Positions 1 through 14,606 are shown, numbered from the stretch's first letter. The stretch: 64,000 bases of DNA from Eledone cirrhosa (GCA_964016885.1 OZ024741.1:206584001-206648000); one strand, 5' to 3'. Made by a program: numbers and translations. Notes: generated from the letters alone by a model not told the origin.

Positions 1-139
1 AATTTTGTCATACAACTAGGACATCTATGTTTACATATGAAGGGCTCAATGGCTCAAGGGCTCATTCTCCTCCTTTAATGATTACAATCCCACACCCAGA
101 CTATAATTATATGAAACACAACTGGTTCATTTCCCTAAT

Positions 140-600
140 CCTGAACCCATAAAAATCAACGCGATGAAATATATTTGATGAACCAACTAGTGGTACCACA
201 GAAATCCATCAATATACTAGGCATCTGGTTACAATCTGATTGGAATTGTGAAACTCATTTCAAACACACACTGAAAATATGATTTCAACATGGCCTGCAA
301 TTAAAGTAATCTCAAAGAAATTCTACTGCTTAACATACAACCACTTGAGACTGTATAATAAGGGAGTCATTAATGCTCAATTGTATAACAGCTGTGGTTA
401 TGAACACAAAAGTACAAGCTCCCTTCAAGGTATTGATAGGTTCCGTACCCAAATTGGTAAACTTATATTGTAATATCTAAGATCTACTCCCAAGATAGCG
501 ACTTTTCACCAAGCAGGGTTAAATCCAACTCACTTGTTGATAGAAGAGTCCAGGAAACCCAAACTGCTAACTGCGCAGTTTAAATGCAAAAGAAAACAGC
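140..600 (+). pseudogene. Degraded non-LTR retrotransposon RT C-terminal fragment
   Basis: Frameshifted translation ...QKSINILGIWLQSDWNCETHF...IKVISKKFYCLTYNHLRLYNKGVINAQL resembles the (Y)LG..L...L.W..H thumb region of LINE RTs. Confidence 0.45.
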
Positions 601-1224
601 ATGGTACTTAGCTTCCTCCATGAGCTGAACAATTTAAATCGTTTAAAATCATGATTAAAAACACAAAGCAGGAAGCAAAAGAACTCCATAATACTATCAC
701 ATGGTCAATCTCTTTTCAGCTGGGTCTGCTACAGAGCCGGTGCACATTCACTCAAGGGTGTGGGTTGTGGAGTTACTAAAATAATTATAGAGATATGAAC
801 TTAAGATTACATCGGTATTACATTATATTTGATGCAGAGTGGTGGGGGAATTACATTATCCATATATTCAGCTAAGAATTGCCCCGGAAAAATGATTTTC
901 TATCGAACCTAGAACTGTTTCAATCAAGAAAAAGGGGTCGAGTTAGAGATATTGAGAATGCTTTGCTAAAGGTAGATAACTACCTCTCAGAAAATAATAA
1001 ATAATAAATAACAGTGATTTAGAAATATGTTCTATTCAGACTTTAAATAAGCCCTAAAAACGCCGTATATCTATATAGTGTCCCTACGACTCCCTCGGGT
1101 GTTACGAGACCATGGCATGGACACACACACACGCACACACGCACACATGCACACATTTATATATATATATATAATTTTATTCAAAATATTAACAAATGAA
1201 AAATATTCTCATAATCAAAATACA

Positions 1225-1290
1225 TACTTTATTATATATATTTCAAAGGTACTGTGTAGTTTTTTCAGTACGTCCTCATCAGACAAAATA
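1225..1290 (-). ncRNA. Type-I minimal hammerhead ribozyme, family A (divergent copy)
   Basis: Minus strand: TATTTTGT-CTGATGA-GGACGTACTG..CAGTACCTTT-GAAA-TATATA-TA-ATAAAGTA. Confidence 0.75.
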
Positions 1291-1558
1291 TATGATTTGA
1301 TATATGACATACCGCTACGGTCTTGATTATTCAATTCCAGTATTGGCAGTGATTTATTTCATCAAATCTCAACGTTTATGTACCACAAATAATATGATAA
1401 ACTTAAAGAAGAAAAGGACGTAGAACAAATTAGAGATATAAGAGAGGGTGTAAAGAAGAGAAAATGCAAGAAAAAAAATAAATACAAATTTGTTGAGTGC
1501 TTCTAATCTGTTGTGAAATTGTATTCATTGAGTAATCAACGAACCATACTAATCTTTG

Positions 1559-1606
<48 letters not shown>

Positions 1607-2212
1607 CAAGATGTATGGTTGGTCGTATGTGAATCGCGATGATCACGTCTGACCTACCAAATATGCGACGGTAGCTAGTTAAGCTCTATGCGTATAAGCA
1701 GAGCAGAACTTCGTAAATTTTCTGAAATTTGTTAACGAGATCTCTGGGGAAGAAAGTTTTTTTCTTTCGAAAGAAATTTTTTTCTCTCAAGGGAACTTCT
1801 TGGGAAACTATATTTTTTTAGGGAAACTTTATATCTTTATTTTTTTATTTTATTTTATTAGTCTCTTAATCTCTTCTAGTTTGTTAAGTTTATTGGGGCT
1901 TGTAAGCTTTATGCACTTATTGAGGGATTTTTTAAGGTGCTTCTACGAGATCCCAAGTCTTTTACTTTTAATGCGTAAATTATAAATTATCTAATTTTTA
2001 ACCTTCAATCCCTGACTCTCAGGCCATTTTCAAATTCTCTTAACTCCCCATAACCCATCCCTTTTACAATTCCGACAACTAATATAAAAGAGCCCCCTTA
2101 GAATATAGACCCCAAATATACAAGCGGAGCTGCTGATCTATACCACAATTTCAAACTGCTAGTCTTAAGTGATACGTTGATGTAAATAATGAACTTACAA
2201 TCACATGTTATA

Positions 2213-2259
2213 TGCCTTGAAAAGTCCCACCATATGGTTGGACGAAACGGCTGTCGGCA
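2213..2259 (+). ncRNA. Type-I minimal hammerhead with U3-A8 core at the end of an AT-rich pLTR-like segment (~1740-2305)
   Basis: TGCC-TTGAAAA-GTCC(CACCATATGGTT)GGAC-GAAA-CGGCTG-TC-GGCA with AATAAA at the 3' end; GUC triplet. Confidence 0.75.
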
Positions 2260-2320
2260 ATAAACTTGTTATAATGTCATAATAGTTCCTTTGTTCTTTT
2301 TCATTAATATATATATATAT

Positions 2321-3065
2321 ATTAGTAAAAAGGAAAAGAAAATGCTGACAAATTTTTCCCAGTGAAAAATAGTTTAATTAGGAATAAGTATAAATTAGTA
2401 ATAAGTATTGGTTAGTATTCAGCTTGATGTATTCCACCGTCGTTGCATTCGGATCATATTGAACATTTCATGGAGAGACTAAGTTAGCAACGAGGAAGTG
2501 ATGAGGAGGTCAGGATTGTCCGGAAAAGGAGACGGGGTTCGCGGGCCACATCCTTCGTTTGCCGGCAGATCGACCTGCTCATATTGCCATGGATTGGGTA
2601 CCAGAAGGTGGCAGGAGAGAATGGGGAAGACCACGAAAAACATGGCGGAGCACATTCAGGGAGGACCTGCGGGAGATGGGAATTACCTGGAGAGGTGCTA
2701 GAAGGGCCGCCAGTGACAGGATCAAGTGGAGGAAGCTCGTCGCCCAATGTTCCACAAGGGACTGGAGGAACTAAGACTAAGACTAAGAAGTATTCAGTTT
2801 TAGTTTTAAGTTTTTACCGGTTGCGCTTTTCTAATGCTTTTCAAAAATAATTTTAAAATAGAGCGCTCGTGATGTTTGCTCTAATCATTAGAAATTCGCA
2901 CCCGGTAAAAACTTAAAACTAAAACTGAATACTAACCAATACTTATTACTAATTTATACTTATTCCTAATTAAACTATTTTTCACTGGGAAAAATTTGTC
3001 AGCATTTTCTTTTCCTTTTTACTAATATATCACAACACGTGTGTCACACCTCTATTTTTTTAAAA
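2321..3065. mobile_element. Fold-back pLTR-like element, family D, interrupted by an RTE fragment
   Basis: Left arm 2321-2422 plus 2798-~2838 is the inverse of 2886-3028; ~35 bp unpaired tail; homologous to 16161-16595; flanked by (TA)n. Confidence 0.8.
2423..2788 (+). mobile_element. 5'-truncated RTE-clade LINE 3' end with target-site duplication
   Basis: Translation ..FAGHILRLPADRPAHIAMDWVPEGGRREWGRPRKTW..W; (ACTAAG)3 tail; 9-bp TSD AGTATTCAG at 2414-2422 and 2789-2797. Confidence 0.9.
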
Positions 3066-3078
3066 TATATATATATAT

Positions 3079-3585
<507 letters not shown>

Positions 3586-3840
3586 ACATCCATGTACAAT
3601 ATTGATTTCCCTAATGTCCTGGCAGCTTATATGGTTAGTTTGTATTTTCTATGTATTCTGAGTTAAATGTATTCTAAATGTTAGCATTAATAAGTGTGTC
3701 TGTATGTTTGCATGCGAATTGCGGCTTTGTAGAGATAAAGATATGACTACAAGCACATTTAAAACTAATTTATCACTACAGTTGATTCAGCATGTTTTGT
3801 TTCAATATTCTCCCTAACAATATCACTTCTTCCAAAGGTG

Positions 3841-4045
3841 ATGGGTTGGCAGTATCGGTGTAGCATCTGACAGCATGCTTTGCGGCATAGAATTATAGTT
3901 ATTTGCATTCTGAGTTCCAAACTTACACGGAGTCAATAAAATAAAGTAACAGTAACGCATATCATCCCAAAGGGAGTCGATTTATTCGATTTGGCTCTTC
4001 TCTTCAAATTGCTGGTCTTGTGCCAAAAGTAACAATAATTATTAC
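3841..4045 (+). mobile_element. Diverged tRNA-derived SINE copy
   Basis: TTGGCAGTATCGGT.. A-box, TGAGTTCCAAA B-box-like sequence and GCTGGTCTTGTGCCAAAAGTA 3' part match the 31844 copy. Confidence 0.6.
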
Positions 4046-4568
4046 TTCTTCCATCTACCTTCTCTGTTTCCCCCTCTCTCTCTCTTGTTTGCTCTCCCTC
4101 TTTCTCTCTCTCTATTTATCTATTCAAAGATTTCCCTATTCATTAACCACTATCACACTCTAGGTTCCAATATATTTATCTTTTTCCGATATCATGTTTT
4201 GTTCAGTTGCTCTTCTTATTCATATGTATAGAAAGACCGTGGCGACTGGGAAGTCTCACATCATCTCCCTTAGGACTTAATGTTGATTAACTGGCAAGCA
4301 TGAGAAATACATTTTGCGAAGTTTATTCATCGGTTAATTTTTATTTATCCTTACACAAACATAGCTTATGCTCGAAACCATCAGAACATATTTGCATACG
4401 CACACACATACGCACACACATACACACACAGACGCACACACACACATACATACACACACACACTTACACACACACACTTACACACACACACACACACATA
4501 TATATATATGTATTTATATATATATATATATAATATAATGTATGTCGGGCTATGTATGTCTACAAAAG

Positions 4569-4754
4569 TAATTGTTTCTACTTTTGGCACAAGGCCAGCA
4601 ATTATCCCAGTGTATTACTGGTACTTTATTTTATCGACCCCGTAAGGATGAAAGGAAAAGTTAACCTCGGCGGGTTTTGAACACAGACCATAAAGGGCTG
4701 TAACTCTACGCTGCAAGGCATGGTGTCTGACCCTCTATCGATACTGCCAATCCA
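4569..4754 (-). mobile_element. tRNA-derived SINE
   Basis: Reverse complement of the 31844-32032 family. Confidence 0.85.
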
Positions 4755-5356
4755 AATAATGGATGTGTGTAAGTGTCTGCAGATAACTGAATGTGTGGAG
4801 TAAAGTAAATTATTGAGAGAAAGATTATTGACTTAAAAAGATTAGACTAAGTTTATTGCAGATAAATAATGTAATGACGATCCTATCTGAGTATGTGAGC
4901 AGGATCTTTTGGGAGGCTGTTTTACTGTTTAATCAAATGAGAAAGGCAGTGTTCATGACCTTTCTCAGGGCCTCTGGGACAGTTCGGAGGAAGAAAGGTT
5001 TATCAAAACCGGGATCCTGGACTCCACTAAAGGCAACCAAGGACAACATTTATCACCTAAATAGACCATAGCAGGATTTGAACAGATATCGCAAGAAGCC
5101 AGGAAAAAATACTATAATCCATATTTTCTGATCTGTAACGATCCCACCAGTTTATTATAAGATACAGAGATCCTATCAAATCAATCCCGATATTGGAAGA
5201 AGCAAATACATAGTTTGACTAACTTCCGGATTATCAGCGTTTTCAAGATTTTTACACTTCGAAACCACCAATGATGCAGAAATAAATCAGATTGTTAATA
5301 TAAATATTCTCAATTGTCACATTCTGTGCTGATTTCTCTTTTCCTTCGTTTATACC

Positions 5357-5437
<81 letters not shown>

Positions 5438-5885
5438 GACAGTCGATTGTCAATATCCCAGACCTCATTCGCTTAACGAGTGGTGTGGCGCTCGTCAAAT
5501 CGGACCGATGAAACAATGTTTCCAGCAGTCTTTCCAATTGCTAATACTATCTGTCGGTCGCAAATCCAGGCTGAACCAGCCTTGTCGGATCTGTAACGAT
5601 TCCACCAGTTTACCATACCATACAGGGATCCTATCTAATCAACCCCGAAATGGGAAGAAGCAAATTTGTCCCATGATCCTTAGTCTGAGGATGAAGCTGT
5701 GAAGCTCAATATGGCTTAGAGACCAATAACGAGCACGAATTATTCGCCCAAGGTGTAATCTATATGGAATCAGGAGACAAACTTGGGGTAAACAAATCCA
5801 GTGTGTTGTATGAATGTAGGTATGAAGTGTAGAGAGCATTAAAATAATAAATACACAAGGTGAAGGAATTTAAGATATTTTATTA

Positions 5886-6054
5886 GTCTTACAAGTGTTT
5901 CAACAAAAGGAAATATAAAATATGGTAATTTGAAGAATTTCGTGCTAGTAGCATTAGAGTATATAGGAATAAATCCATGTACTAAGATCTGAGCAGAAAA
6001 TCGATTACTTTAGTGTAACACATAATTTCATATTGCTCTTGTATCTTCAAAGAC
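5886..6054 (-). ncRNA. Hammerhead-like motif with ~140-nt extended stem II in an orphan pLTR
   Basis: Minus: GTCT-TTGAAGA-T-ACAAGAG...CTTTTGT-T-GAAA-CACTTG-TA-AGAC-TAATAAA. Confidence 0.65.
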
Positions 6055-6307
6055 ATTAAAAAAATTGTGGAACTAGATGTCCTAGAAAAACCACCGGAGC
6101 ATCATAACACATTATCAACTAAAAATAAAAAATTTCTTTCTGTGAGTGAAGATGACAATTTTCGTTTCCAATTATATTTATATAGTCATTATGTGTATCT
6201 TCGAAAATGTCTCCTTGCAAAATATATGTTATTAAGAAAGTTATAAGGTAACAAAATCAAAATTATGCCGTCTTATGTATCTTTCTCTCTCTCACTATAT
6301 ATATATA

Positions 6308-7332
6308 CGATATTAACAAATGAAAACTATATTTATAAAACCATATTTATTTCATTATACATATTTCAAGGACACCAAGTTAAATTATGGTGTGATTTCA
6401 TCAGAGAAAATATAATATAGAGCAGTTTTATAAATAAATATTGACATACCGTTAAAGAATGCAACCATTACTGTTGGAAGCTCCCAGATAGTGGAGTTAT
6501 AACTTTAATTATAGTATTAGGTAAGTTAGTATTGGATATTTTTAAATAAGCCGTTGGGTTACGGAGAAAGAGAAAGAGAGAGAAAGAGCAGAACAACAGA
6601 GAGAAAATAATAGAGATAGAGACAGAGAAAGGAGAGAGAACGAAAACTCTAAGTCATATCTTGTTGAGTTATCTTAACATTTGAGATGAAATAAATAAAT
6701 AAAATTAGAAATGTTAATAATCATGAATGGAATATACATATATAATATGAGAAATTTAACCATTGTTTAAATATGATTAGATGTTTAGTTAATCAGTTAA
6801 ATATTGAGATCAATACATTAAAAATTGGGATCTATATATTAAGAAATCTATATATTATTATTAAGACTATATTGTTAAAGATCTATATATTATATAATAC
6901 GTATACACACGCAAAAATACATACATATAAATATATATACACACGTATAAAAATATATATACATATCTAACTTCGTATATATACATACAAAATATAAAGG
7001 ATTTTTTAATTTAAGAATATCCAATACTAACTTACCTAATAATATAATTAAAGCTATAACTCCACTATCCGGGAGCTTCCAACAGTAATGGTTGTATTCT
7101 TTAACGGTATGTCAATATTTATTTATAAAACTGCTTTATATTATATTTTCTCTGATGAAAGCACACCATAATTTAACTTGGTGTCCTCGAAATATGTATA
7201 ATGAAATAAATATGGTTTTATAAATATAGTTTCCATTTGTTAATATCGTATTTTTACTCCAAATATTTGTTGAGTGTTTTATATCAGTTATAAAAATATT
7301 TGCTTGTTGTATCCCAACAATTTAAATAGAAC

Positions 7333-7337
<5 letters not shown>
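6308..7337. mobile_element. Fold-back element, family A, long-spacer version; hammerheads at 6348-6412 (-) and 7144-7208 (+)
   Basis: 6308-~6540 inverted at ~7015-7250 plus ~90-bp tail; CTGATGA-AAGCACACCA..TGGTGTCCTC-GAAA-TATGTA-TA. Confidence 0.88.
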
Positions 7338-7423
<86 letters not shown>

Positions 7424-7952
7424 CTCGGTTGAGAACTTATTTGATTTGTGCTATTTATGCTATTTTTCGCATGATTTACACTAACTGAATTAATTTACCA
7501 AAATCTGAGGTTATTCCCCTTGTGATTGCCACACGTGATTTAACTTACCACCGTGTCATTCACTTATTTGGTACAGAGCGAAATACCTGTTGATAACGTG
7601 ATATTCCTTGTTCGATCATTATACCCAAAGCTTATATTTTTAAACAGACTATATTTTGATTTAGGTGTCACAGAAACTCTACATCGGATTTTAACAGCAA
7701 TTGCGGGAGTCCAGGTCTTGTTATTATTTATCTTTTATCATTTATTTTGTTTTGACCTGTTTAGCTTGATTTGGTTTTTAGCTTAGGTGGTTAATGCCTT
7801 CTTGACCACCTTTTCAGTATTGTATGGCTCCTTAACACATTGTTTAGCTCTGGTTTTTAACTATTGAGCACTTTGCCAGTATCATTTCTGATTTTTGCGT
7901 TTCGCTTCGCTTTTCCTGCCCGCCGAAATGCGATTCTCCCTGAATATTTATT

Positions 7953-8025
<73 letters not shown>

Positions 8026-8104
8026 ATATATATATATATATACACACACACATATATATATATATATATACACAGACACATATATATATACATGTATATA
8101 TATT

Positions 8105-8240
8105 CACCGCCGAGGTTAACCTTGCCATTCATCCTTACGGGGTCGATAAAATAAAGTACCAGCCACGCACTGGGGTCTATTTAATCGACTTTCTCCTCCC
8201 CCAAATTACTGGCCTTGTATCTAAATAAGAAATCATTATT
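8105..8240 (+). mobile_element. SINE 3' half
   Basis: CCGCCGAGGTTAACCTTGCC.TTCATCCTTACGGGGTCGATAAAATAAAGTACCAG core. Confidence 0.8.
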
Positions 8241-8269
8241 AACAGTGTTACATCCTCTTAAACTGGTTT

Positions 8270-8515
8270 CTTGTTGTTGATGTTGCTGTTGTGTTATTGC
8301 TGCCACCCTTATTGCTGTCATAGTTGTTATTGGTGGTGTTTCTGCTGCTAACTTGAGCCTATGATGCTCTTGTTAGAGCTGTTGTTGGTATTGCTGTTGT
8401 TGTTGTTGTTATTGTCGTTGTTGTTATAGTTGTTGTTGTTGTTATTATTATTATAGTTGCTGTTATTGTTGTTGTTGTTGTTGTTGTTGCTGTTACTGTT
8501 GTCGTTGTTGTTTTT
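8270..8515. repeat. Degenerate (GTT)n microsatellite
   Basis: Direct inspection. Confidence 0.9.
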
Positions 8516-8923
8516 CATGATAATCTCTGATCCAGCAGACCTGTGTTCTCTGTGCTGATGATATTATTTACGCCGGGCTAACTTAGTTTACTGAAGAAGA
8601 TTCTGGCGGATGTTTTAGGAATATATTAAGAGAGGTACAAAATATAAATAATGAATAAAAGTTTAAACTGATGTTATACGTTTCCTCTTTTGCTATCTTC
8701 TATATAGTGCAGTATATTGACGTAAATGTGTGTATGATTAAGGTCATGTAGTGTGCAAAAAGAATTATTACACAAAATATGCAAATCTTAAAAGATGCAC
8801 ATTCTTTCACAATTTTGCAAAATTGAAATAGTACAAAATTGAAAAGAATATTCGCTCCATCTTATAACAACGAGGTAATTGACATTATTGAAGTTGATAT
8901 TGACGAATATGACGTGGAAACTT

Positions 8924-8970
<47 letters not shown>

Positions 8971-8983
8971 AACAATACAATAT

Positions 8984-9062
8984 AATTACCTCATTACCAG
9001 AGGTTTCCCGATTTAAGACGAATACGAAAACCGTCCTCATTCGTTCATCGGACAAGGCAATT
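8984..9062 (-). ncRNA. Type-I hammerhead (U4C core) in the 3' pLTR
   Basis: AATTGCCTTGT-CCGATGA-stem II-GAAA-CCTCTGG-TA-ATGAGGTAATT; 11-bp stem I with G·U pairs. Confidence 0.75.
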
Positions 9063-11469
9063 TAAAACACAGTGAAATCTTTGAAAAATCTCCTCAAGAA
9101 AGGCAAGAGTTTAACGGGCAAGAAAAAATATACCAAGAGATATATAAAAATAAGGAAATATAGTTAGGGTATGTGTATAAATGTGTATATATTCACTCAT
9201 AAATGTACATATGTGTGTATGTAAAATGCATGTGTATAGTGAAAATGTGTGTGTGCGTAAGTACATATATGAAGGCTAGCATAATAGTGTATGTGTGACC
9301 AATACGTATATAATATAAGTTGAAAAATAATGTACATCCAGATTTAGGTATTAAATATATACACATACAAGTATGAAAGCACGCGTATAAACACACACGC
9401 GCGAACATTTATATGAGGAAGATAAAAAAAGGGAAGGGAGTGTATTAGTAAAAAAGAGTGTCATATTCGATACATATAAAAATGAAACAATATATGAGAA
9501 AGAAAAAAATGTTGTTTAAATCAAAGAGAAAGTAAGAGGGAGGGGTTATCAATTATAAATTAACACTAGAGAAAACGAAAACAAACATAGGTTCGCACGT
9601 ACACACACATACATATAAAAATATATATATATGAATACGTACAGGCAAAAGCGCATGCATACGTACATACATACACACGAAGCACATATATATATATACA
9701 TATATCGGCACACGTATATCTAAGGACACGTACGTACGCGACTATAAGTATACATATATGCATACACACACATACATATACATATACATATACATATATA
9801 TATACACATACTCATACACATACGTTCAGCCACATACATACGCTCGTATAAATATAGATATAAAAACAAACATGCTCACACATATATACACACATACGCA
9901 CACATACCGAAGCGCATGCACACTCGCACGCATAGATACAAATTATAGACCAGCCATATGAAAAAAAGAAATACAAATATAAAAGCGGCTGCGAAACAAC
10001 AGGATATATCTGGAGTTGAAAACGCAAGTGACATGTGATATCAGGTAGTGAAAGAAAAGGGGGAAGTAAAATGTGGAATGTGAAGATATTAGGTAAGTGA
10101 ATCAAAAAGTAGGGAGTGGGGGTCACTGGTGGATGTGAAGTGAAAATAAAAATAAAAATGAAAATAAAGTTAAAAATGAAAGTGAATCAGAAAGAGAAGT
10201 CTGTAAAGAGGATAATTTAAGGAAAGTGAAGAATAAGAGTTTATGGAGGATAAGTATCTGAAAGTGAGTTAAGTTTATATGAGCTGGAAAGCAAGTGTGA
10301 TTTCATGTGTGGGCAACTGGTGAACATTTCTGTTTTTGTATTTAGGCAGGTTTTGGGGTGATTTAAGTTTCTGTAAAATCCAATATTTTTCACTTATGCA
10401 GAGTGTGCATCTTCTTGTTCCTCTTGCATATTCTTTAGATTGGTTCAAAATTGACCAATCCAATTTATATTGGATACCTTGGTCTTTCAAATGCAATATT
10501 CTGCTAGCCAGAGCTGTTGTAAATCTTTTTTCTGGATGTCGGAAAGATGCGACATGTGAGTAATAACGCGTTTTGAATTTGTCTTACCCACATATCGTTC
10601 GCTGGTAGCTGGTAGGTTTTTGCTGGTGGTTGTCACTTTAGCCGCATATACAATGGCTTTGGTGTTGCATTTACCTTGTAATGGGCATTCACTTTTGACT
10701 CTACAGGAGCAATTTGGAAGGTATGTGTATAAGTATGTGTATATATATATATGTATATGTATGTATGTGTGTGTATGCATATATGTATACTTATAGTCGC
10801 GTACGTATGTGTGCTTAGATATACATGTGCCGATATATGTATATATATGTGTGCTTCGTGTGTATGTATGTACGTATGCATGCGCTTTTGCCTGTACGTA
10901 TTCATATATATATATTTTTATATGTATGTGTGCGTACGTGCGAACCTATGTTTGTTTTCGTTTTCTCTAGTGTTAATTTATAATTGATAACCCCTCCCTC
11001 TTACTTTCTCTTTGATTTAAACATTTTTTTCTTTCTCATATATTGTTTCCTTTTTATATGTATCGAATATGACACTCTTTTTCACTAATACACTCCCTTC
11101 CCTTTTTATCTTCCGCATATAAATGATCGCGCGTGTGTGTTTATACGCGTGCTTTCATACTTGTATGTGTATATATTTAATACCTAAATCTGGATGTACA
11201 TTATTTTTCAACTTATATTATATACGTATTGGTCACACATACACTATTATGCTAGCCTTCATATACGTACTTACGCACACACACATTTTCACTATACACA
11301 TGCATTTATACATACACACATATGTACATTTGTGAGTGAATATATACACATTTATACACATACCCTAACTATATTTCCTTATTTTTATATATCTCTTGGT
11401 ATATTTTTTTTTGCCCGTTAAACTCTTGCTTTTCTTGAGGAGATTTTTCAAAGATTTCACTATGTTTTA

Positions 11470-11547
11470 AATTGCCCTGTCCGATGAACGAATGATGAAG
11501 TTTTTCGTATTCGTCTTATTCGGGAAACCTCTGGTAATGAGGTAATT
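11470..11547 (+). ncRNA. Type-I hammerhead (U4C core) in the inverted pLTR
   Basis: AATTGCCCTGT-CCGATGA-ACGAATGA...TTATTCGG-GAAA-CCTCTGG-TA-ATGAGGTAATT. Confidence 0.75.
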
Positions 11548-11993
11548 ATATTTTATTATATTATATTTTATTGTTTATTATACATTAAATTTAGCTCTGG
11601 TACTTACATAGAGCACTCTTCACTCCTATGATTTTTTCAATTTTCAACGGAAATTTCAATACTTATATATACTTATATATAAATATATACTATTTCCACT
11701 CCCAATTAGCATAATTAACCATATAAAAAATCGAATAGACCAGGCTATAAGAATAAGGCTTCGATGAAGAAATCTCCAACAAATAACCGAAACCAGCCCA
11801 TCGCGCCGGCTGCGACGGAATATTTATCGAATATTTCGACAGCGTAATCGCCAAGATATACAGTCAATTAAACAGGAAACGGCTTGAGCTCTGCCATCGG
11901 GGTCATACATTTTCCTTTATATATATATATATTCAATATAAATGGTATATATATATATACAATATAAATGGTATATATATATATATATATACA

Positions 11994-12147
11994 ATAACTG
12001 TTTCTACTTTTGGTACAAGACCAGCAACTACCCAGTACATTACTGGTACTTTATTTTATGGACCCCGTAAGGAATAAAGTCAAAGTTGACCTCGGCGGGA
12101 TTTGACTCAGAATGGAAAGGGCCGTAACTCTATGCGTCAAAGCATGG
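11994..12147 (-). mobile_element. SINE (5'-truncated)
   Basis: Reverse complement of the 31844 family. Confidence 0.8.
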
Positions 12148-12157
12148 TGGTATATAC

Positions 12158-14606
12158 AATAATATTAAATAAATGGAAACTATATTTATAAAACCATATT
12201 TATTTTATCATATATATTTCAAGGGCACCAAAACACTTTGGTACGCTTTCTTCAGATAAAATACAAAGTTTGTATTATAAATAGAGACTCACCCAGGAAA
12301 ATCATACCTTATCAGTTGAATATTCCCTGGATAGTGGAAATGTTTAATGGATTTTTCAATCTTATGGGTGAATATGCAAATGAATATGTAAATAATTGAA
12401 ATACAACCGTTAATTTAAACGACTATGGAGAGTTTAGATATATAATATATAATAGTAAGTGAGAGTAGAAGGAAAAAATAGTAAGAGAAGAAGGAAAAAA
12501 GCAAAGATAAATGAAAACTCATATAACGTTAATTTGAGGGAAATATATTCGAATAGTTATCTATGTATATATATAAGTATATATTTTAATAGTATGTGCA
12601 TTTATATTAAAAGGATAATTTACAATTATTAGTTGTTTATAATTTGTTTATAATATGAGTTACGAGGGATGTTTTTGTTCTGTTTTAAGTAGATAAATAA
12701 ATAAATAAATAAATGGGTATATTATGTAAATAAATATGTATTTAAAATTGAGAATGATTTAAAATTAAATTAACGGAGTTAAGTAATAATATTTATATGA
12801 TTGAAAAGGAAAGATAAGGAAAGATAAACTCCGATTTCATTTATTCGTTAGTGTGAGACTATTTAGTCAAAATAAGTATGGATGCTTAAGATACATTTAG
12901 CCAGAATCAGTTAGTGGTTATTATCTACATTTAAATAATAGCTTTAGATGGTGTAATTGTACTTAATAAAGACTTAAGAATTAAGAAATTAAGAAAATGA
13001 AAAAATTAAAAAATTTTGAAAAAATTAAAATTTTTTTTAGATTTTTGTATTTAAAAAAAAAAAAAAATAAAAAAAAAAATAATAAAAAAAAATAAAAAAA
13101 ATAAATAAAAAAAATTATTAAAATTATTAAAAAATTAAAAATTAAAAAAATTAAAAAATTAGAATTATATACGAATATATTATGAGAAAATGTTTTAAAA
13201 AGTGGAAGTACAGCAAATGTTAGAGATATGATTTAGAGATATCAATATATTAAAAATAAAGTAGATGAGATTGTCAAAGGAGATTAATAGGAATATTATA
13301 AGTATAATTATAAGTTATATATAGTTCTGAATGTTGAATTTCTGGCGATGTCTACAAAAATTAAATAAATTCGTTCTGAGATTAATAGAGTTTTTACAGT
13401 CAATTATATAAAAACAATTCTTCAATACACAATTTACAGAATCTAGATAAAGCTGTGTTTCGGTACGCCGGCGTTTTCGAAACTGTTTTCGCACGGAAAA
13501 CTTTAATTGAATTCAACAATGATCTCTGGACAAGAGTCGATAAAAAAAATAATTTTGATATCACCATGACTCGGCGCAAATAACGGATCTTGTGGGGTTA
13601 TTTATTAATAATACACTGCATAGAAAAATACCAGAGATGACCGGTGGTTTATATCGTAATATGATATGCTGCTTTTAATTGAAAATCATAGTAATTGTGA
13701 AATTAATAGGAAAAGAAAATCCATAATACAATTCTTCAATAACTACAACCTTAAGTTAGAAATAGAGAATAACTATAAAATCGTTAACTTTTTAGACATA
13801 ACATTAAACTTAGCACAGAGCTCTACTATCTATTCCATAAAATTAATGAGAATCTAAATTATGTAAGTTTTAACTCTAATCATCCTAGATCTATTAAGAG
13901 CACTATTGTCAATAGTGTCCAACAACGGATTTCACGCATCTCCGCTAATAAAACATTTTTGGTGATAAGGCTGAATATTATAATGAAGCTTTAAGTAGAG
14001 CAGGGTATACAAATAAAATTAAATACGTTGACAACAATAATAAGGCAAATCACCCTACTATTAATTGTAATAATAATAAACAATTTAACTTAAACTCTAA
14101 CACTAACAAAAGAACTAGAAATATTATTTGGTATTCACCGCCATTCTCATTAAGCATTAAAACACTTTTAGCAAAGCTATTCTTTAAAGCACTAGACAAA
14201 TGTTTTCCTAAAGCCCACAGATAGCACTCAATCTTTAACAGACATACTATAAAACTATCCTACTGTACTACTATGAACATAGCACAAAATATAAATAGAA
14301 TTAATAATAGAAACTTAAATTTAAACCCTAACCAAAATAACCAAAATAGAAATAATAATATTTCTAGCAATATCCAACATAATAATACCGTTCCAAGCAA
14401 CAACTCCGCAAAATGTAACTGTAGAATTAAATCAAACTGTCCTTTACAATATAAGTGTTTAGATAAAAACGTGGCCTACAAATGCACAGTTAAAACTAGT
14501 GAAAATATATTTAACTATGTCGGTGCCACTTCTGTAGAATTTAAACTTCGCTGGAATAACCACAATTTTTCTTTCAGGAGATTTAATAAAAAATCTTCAA
14601 GCCGTT
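12158..14606 (+). mobile_element. Degraded Penelope-like element (RT ~13440-14000, GIY-YIG to ~14606) preceded by an inverted family-A pLTR with a hammerhead at 12201-12263 (-)
   Basis: FDITM..DLVGLF..GGLYR; VNFLDITLNL; SNHP; IIWYSPPFS; CNCRIKSNCPLQYKCLDKNVAYKC..YVGATSVEFKLRWNNH; HHR CTGAAGA-AAGCGTACCAAA..TTTGGTGCCCTT-GAAA-TATATA-TG. Confidence 0.9.

Larger units (their letters stand above)
8966..11665 (-). mobile_element. 5'-truncated Penelope-like element: GIY-YIG endonuclease remnant (10275-10720) with 3' pLTR and inverted pLTR copy
   Basis: Minus ORFs: NCSCRVKSECPLQGKCNTKAIVYAAKV..YVGKT and YKLDWSIL..YARGTRRCTLCISEKYWIL; 8966-~9800 inverted at ~10740-11580. Confidence 0.9.
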
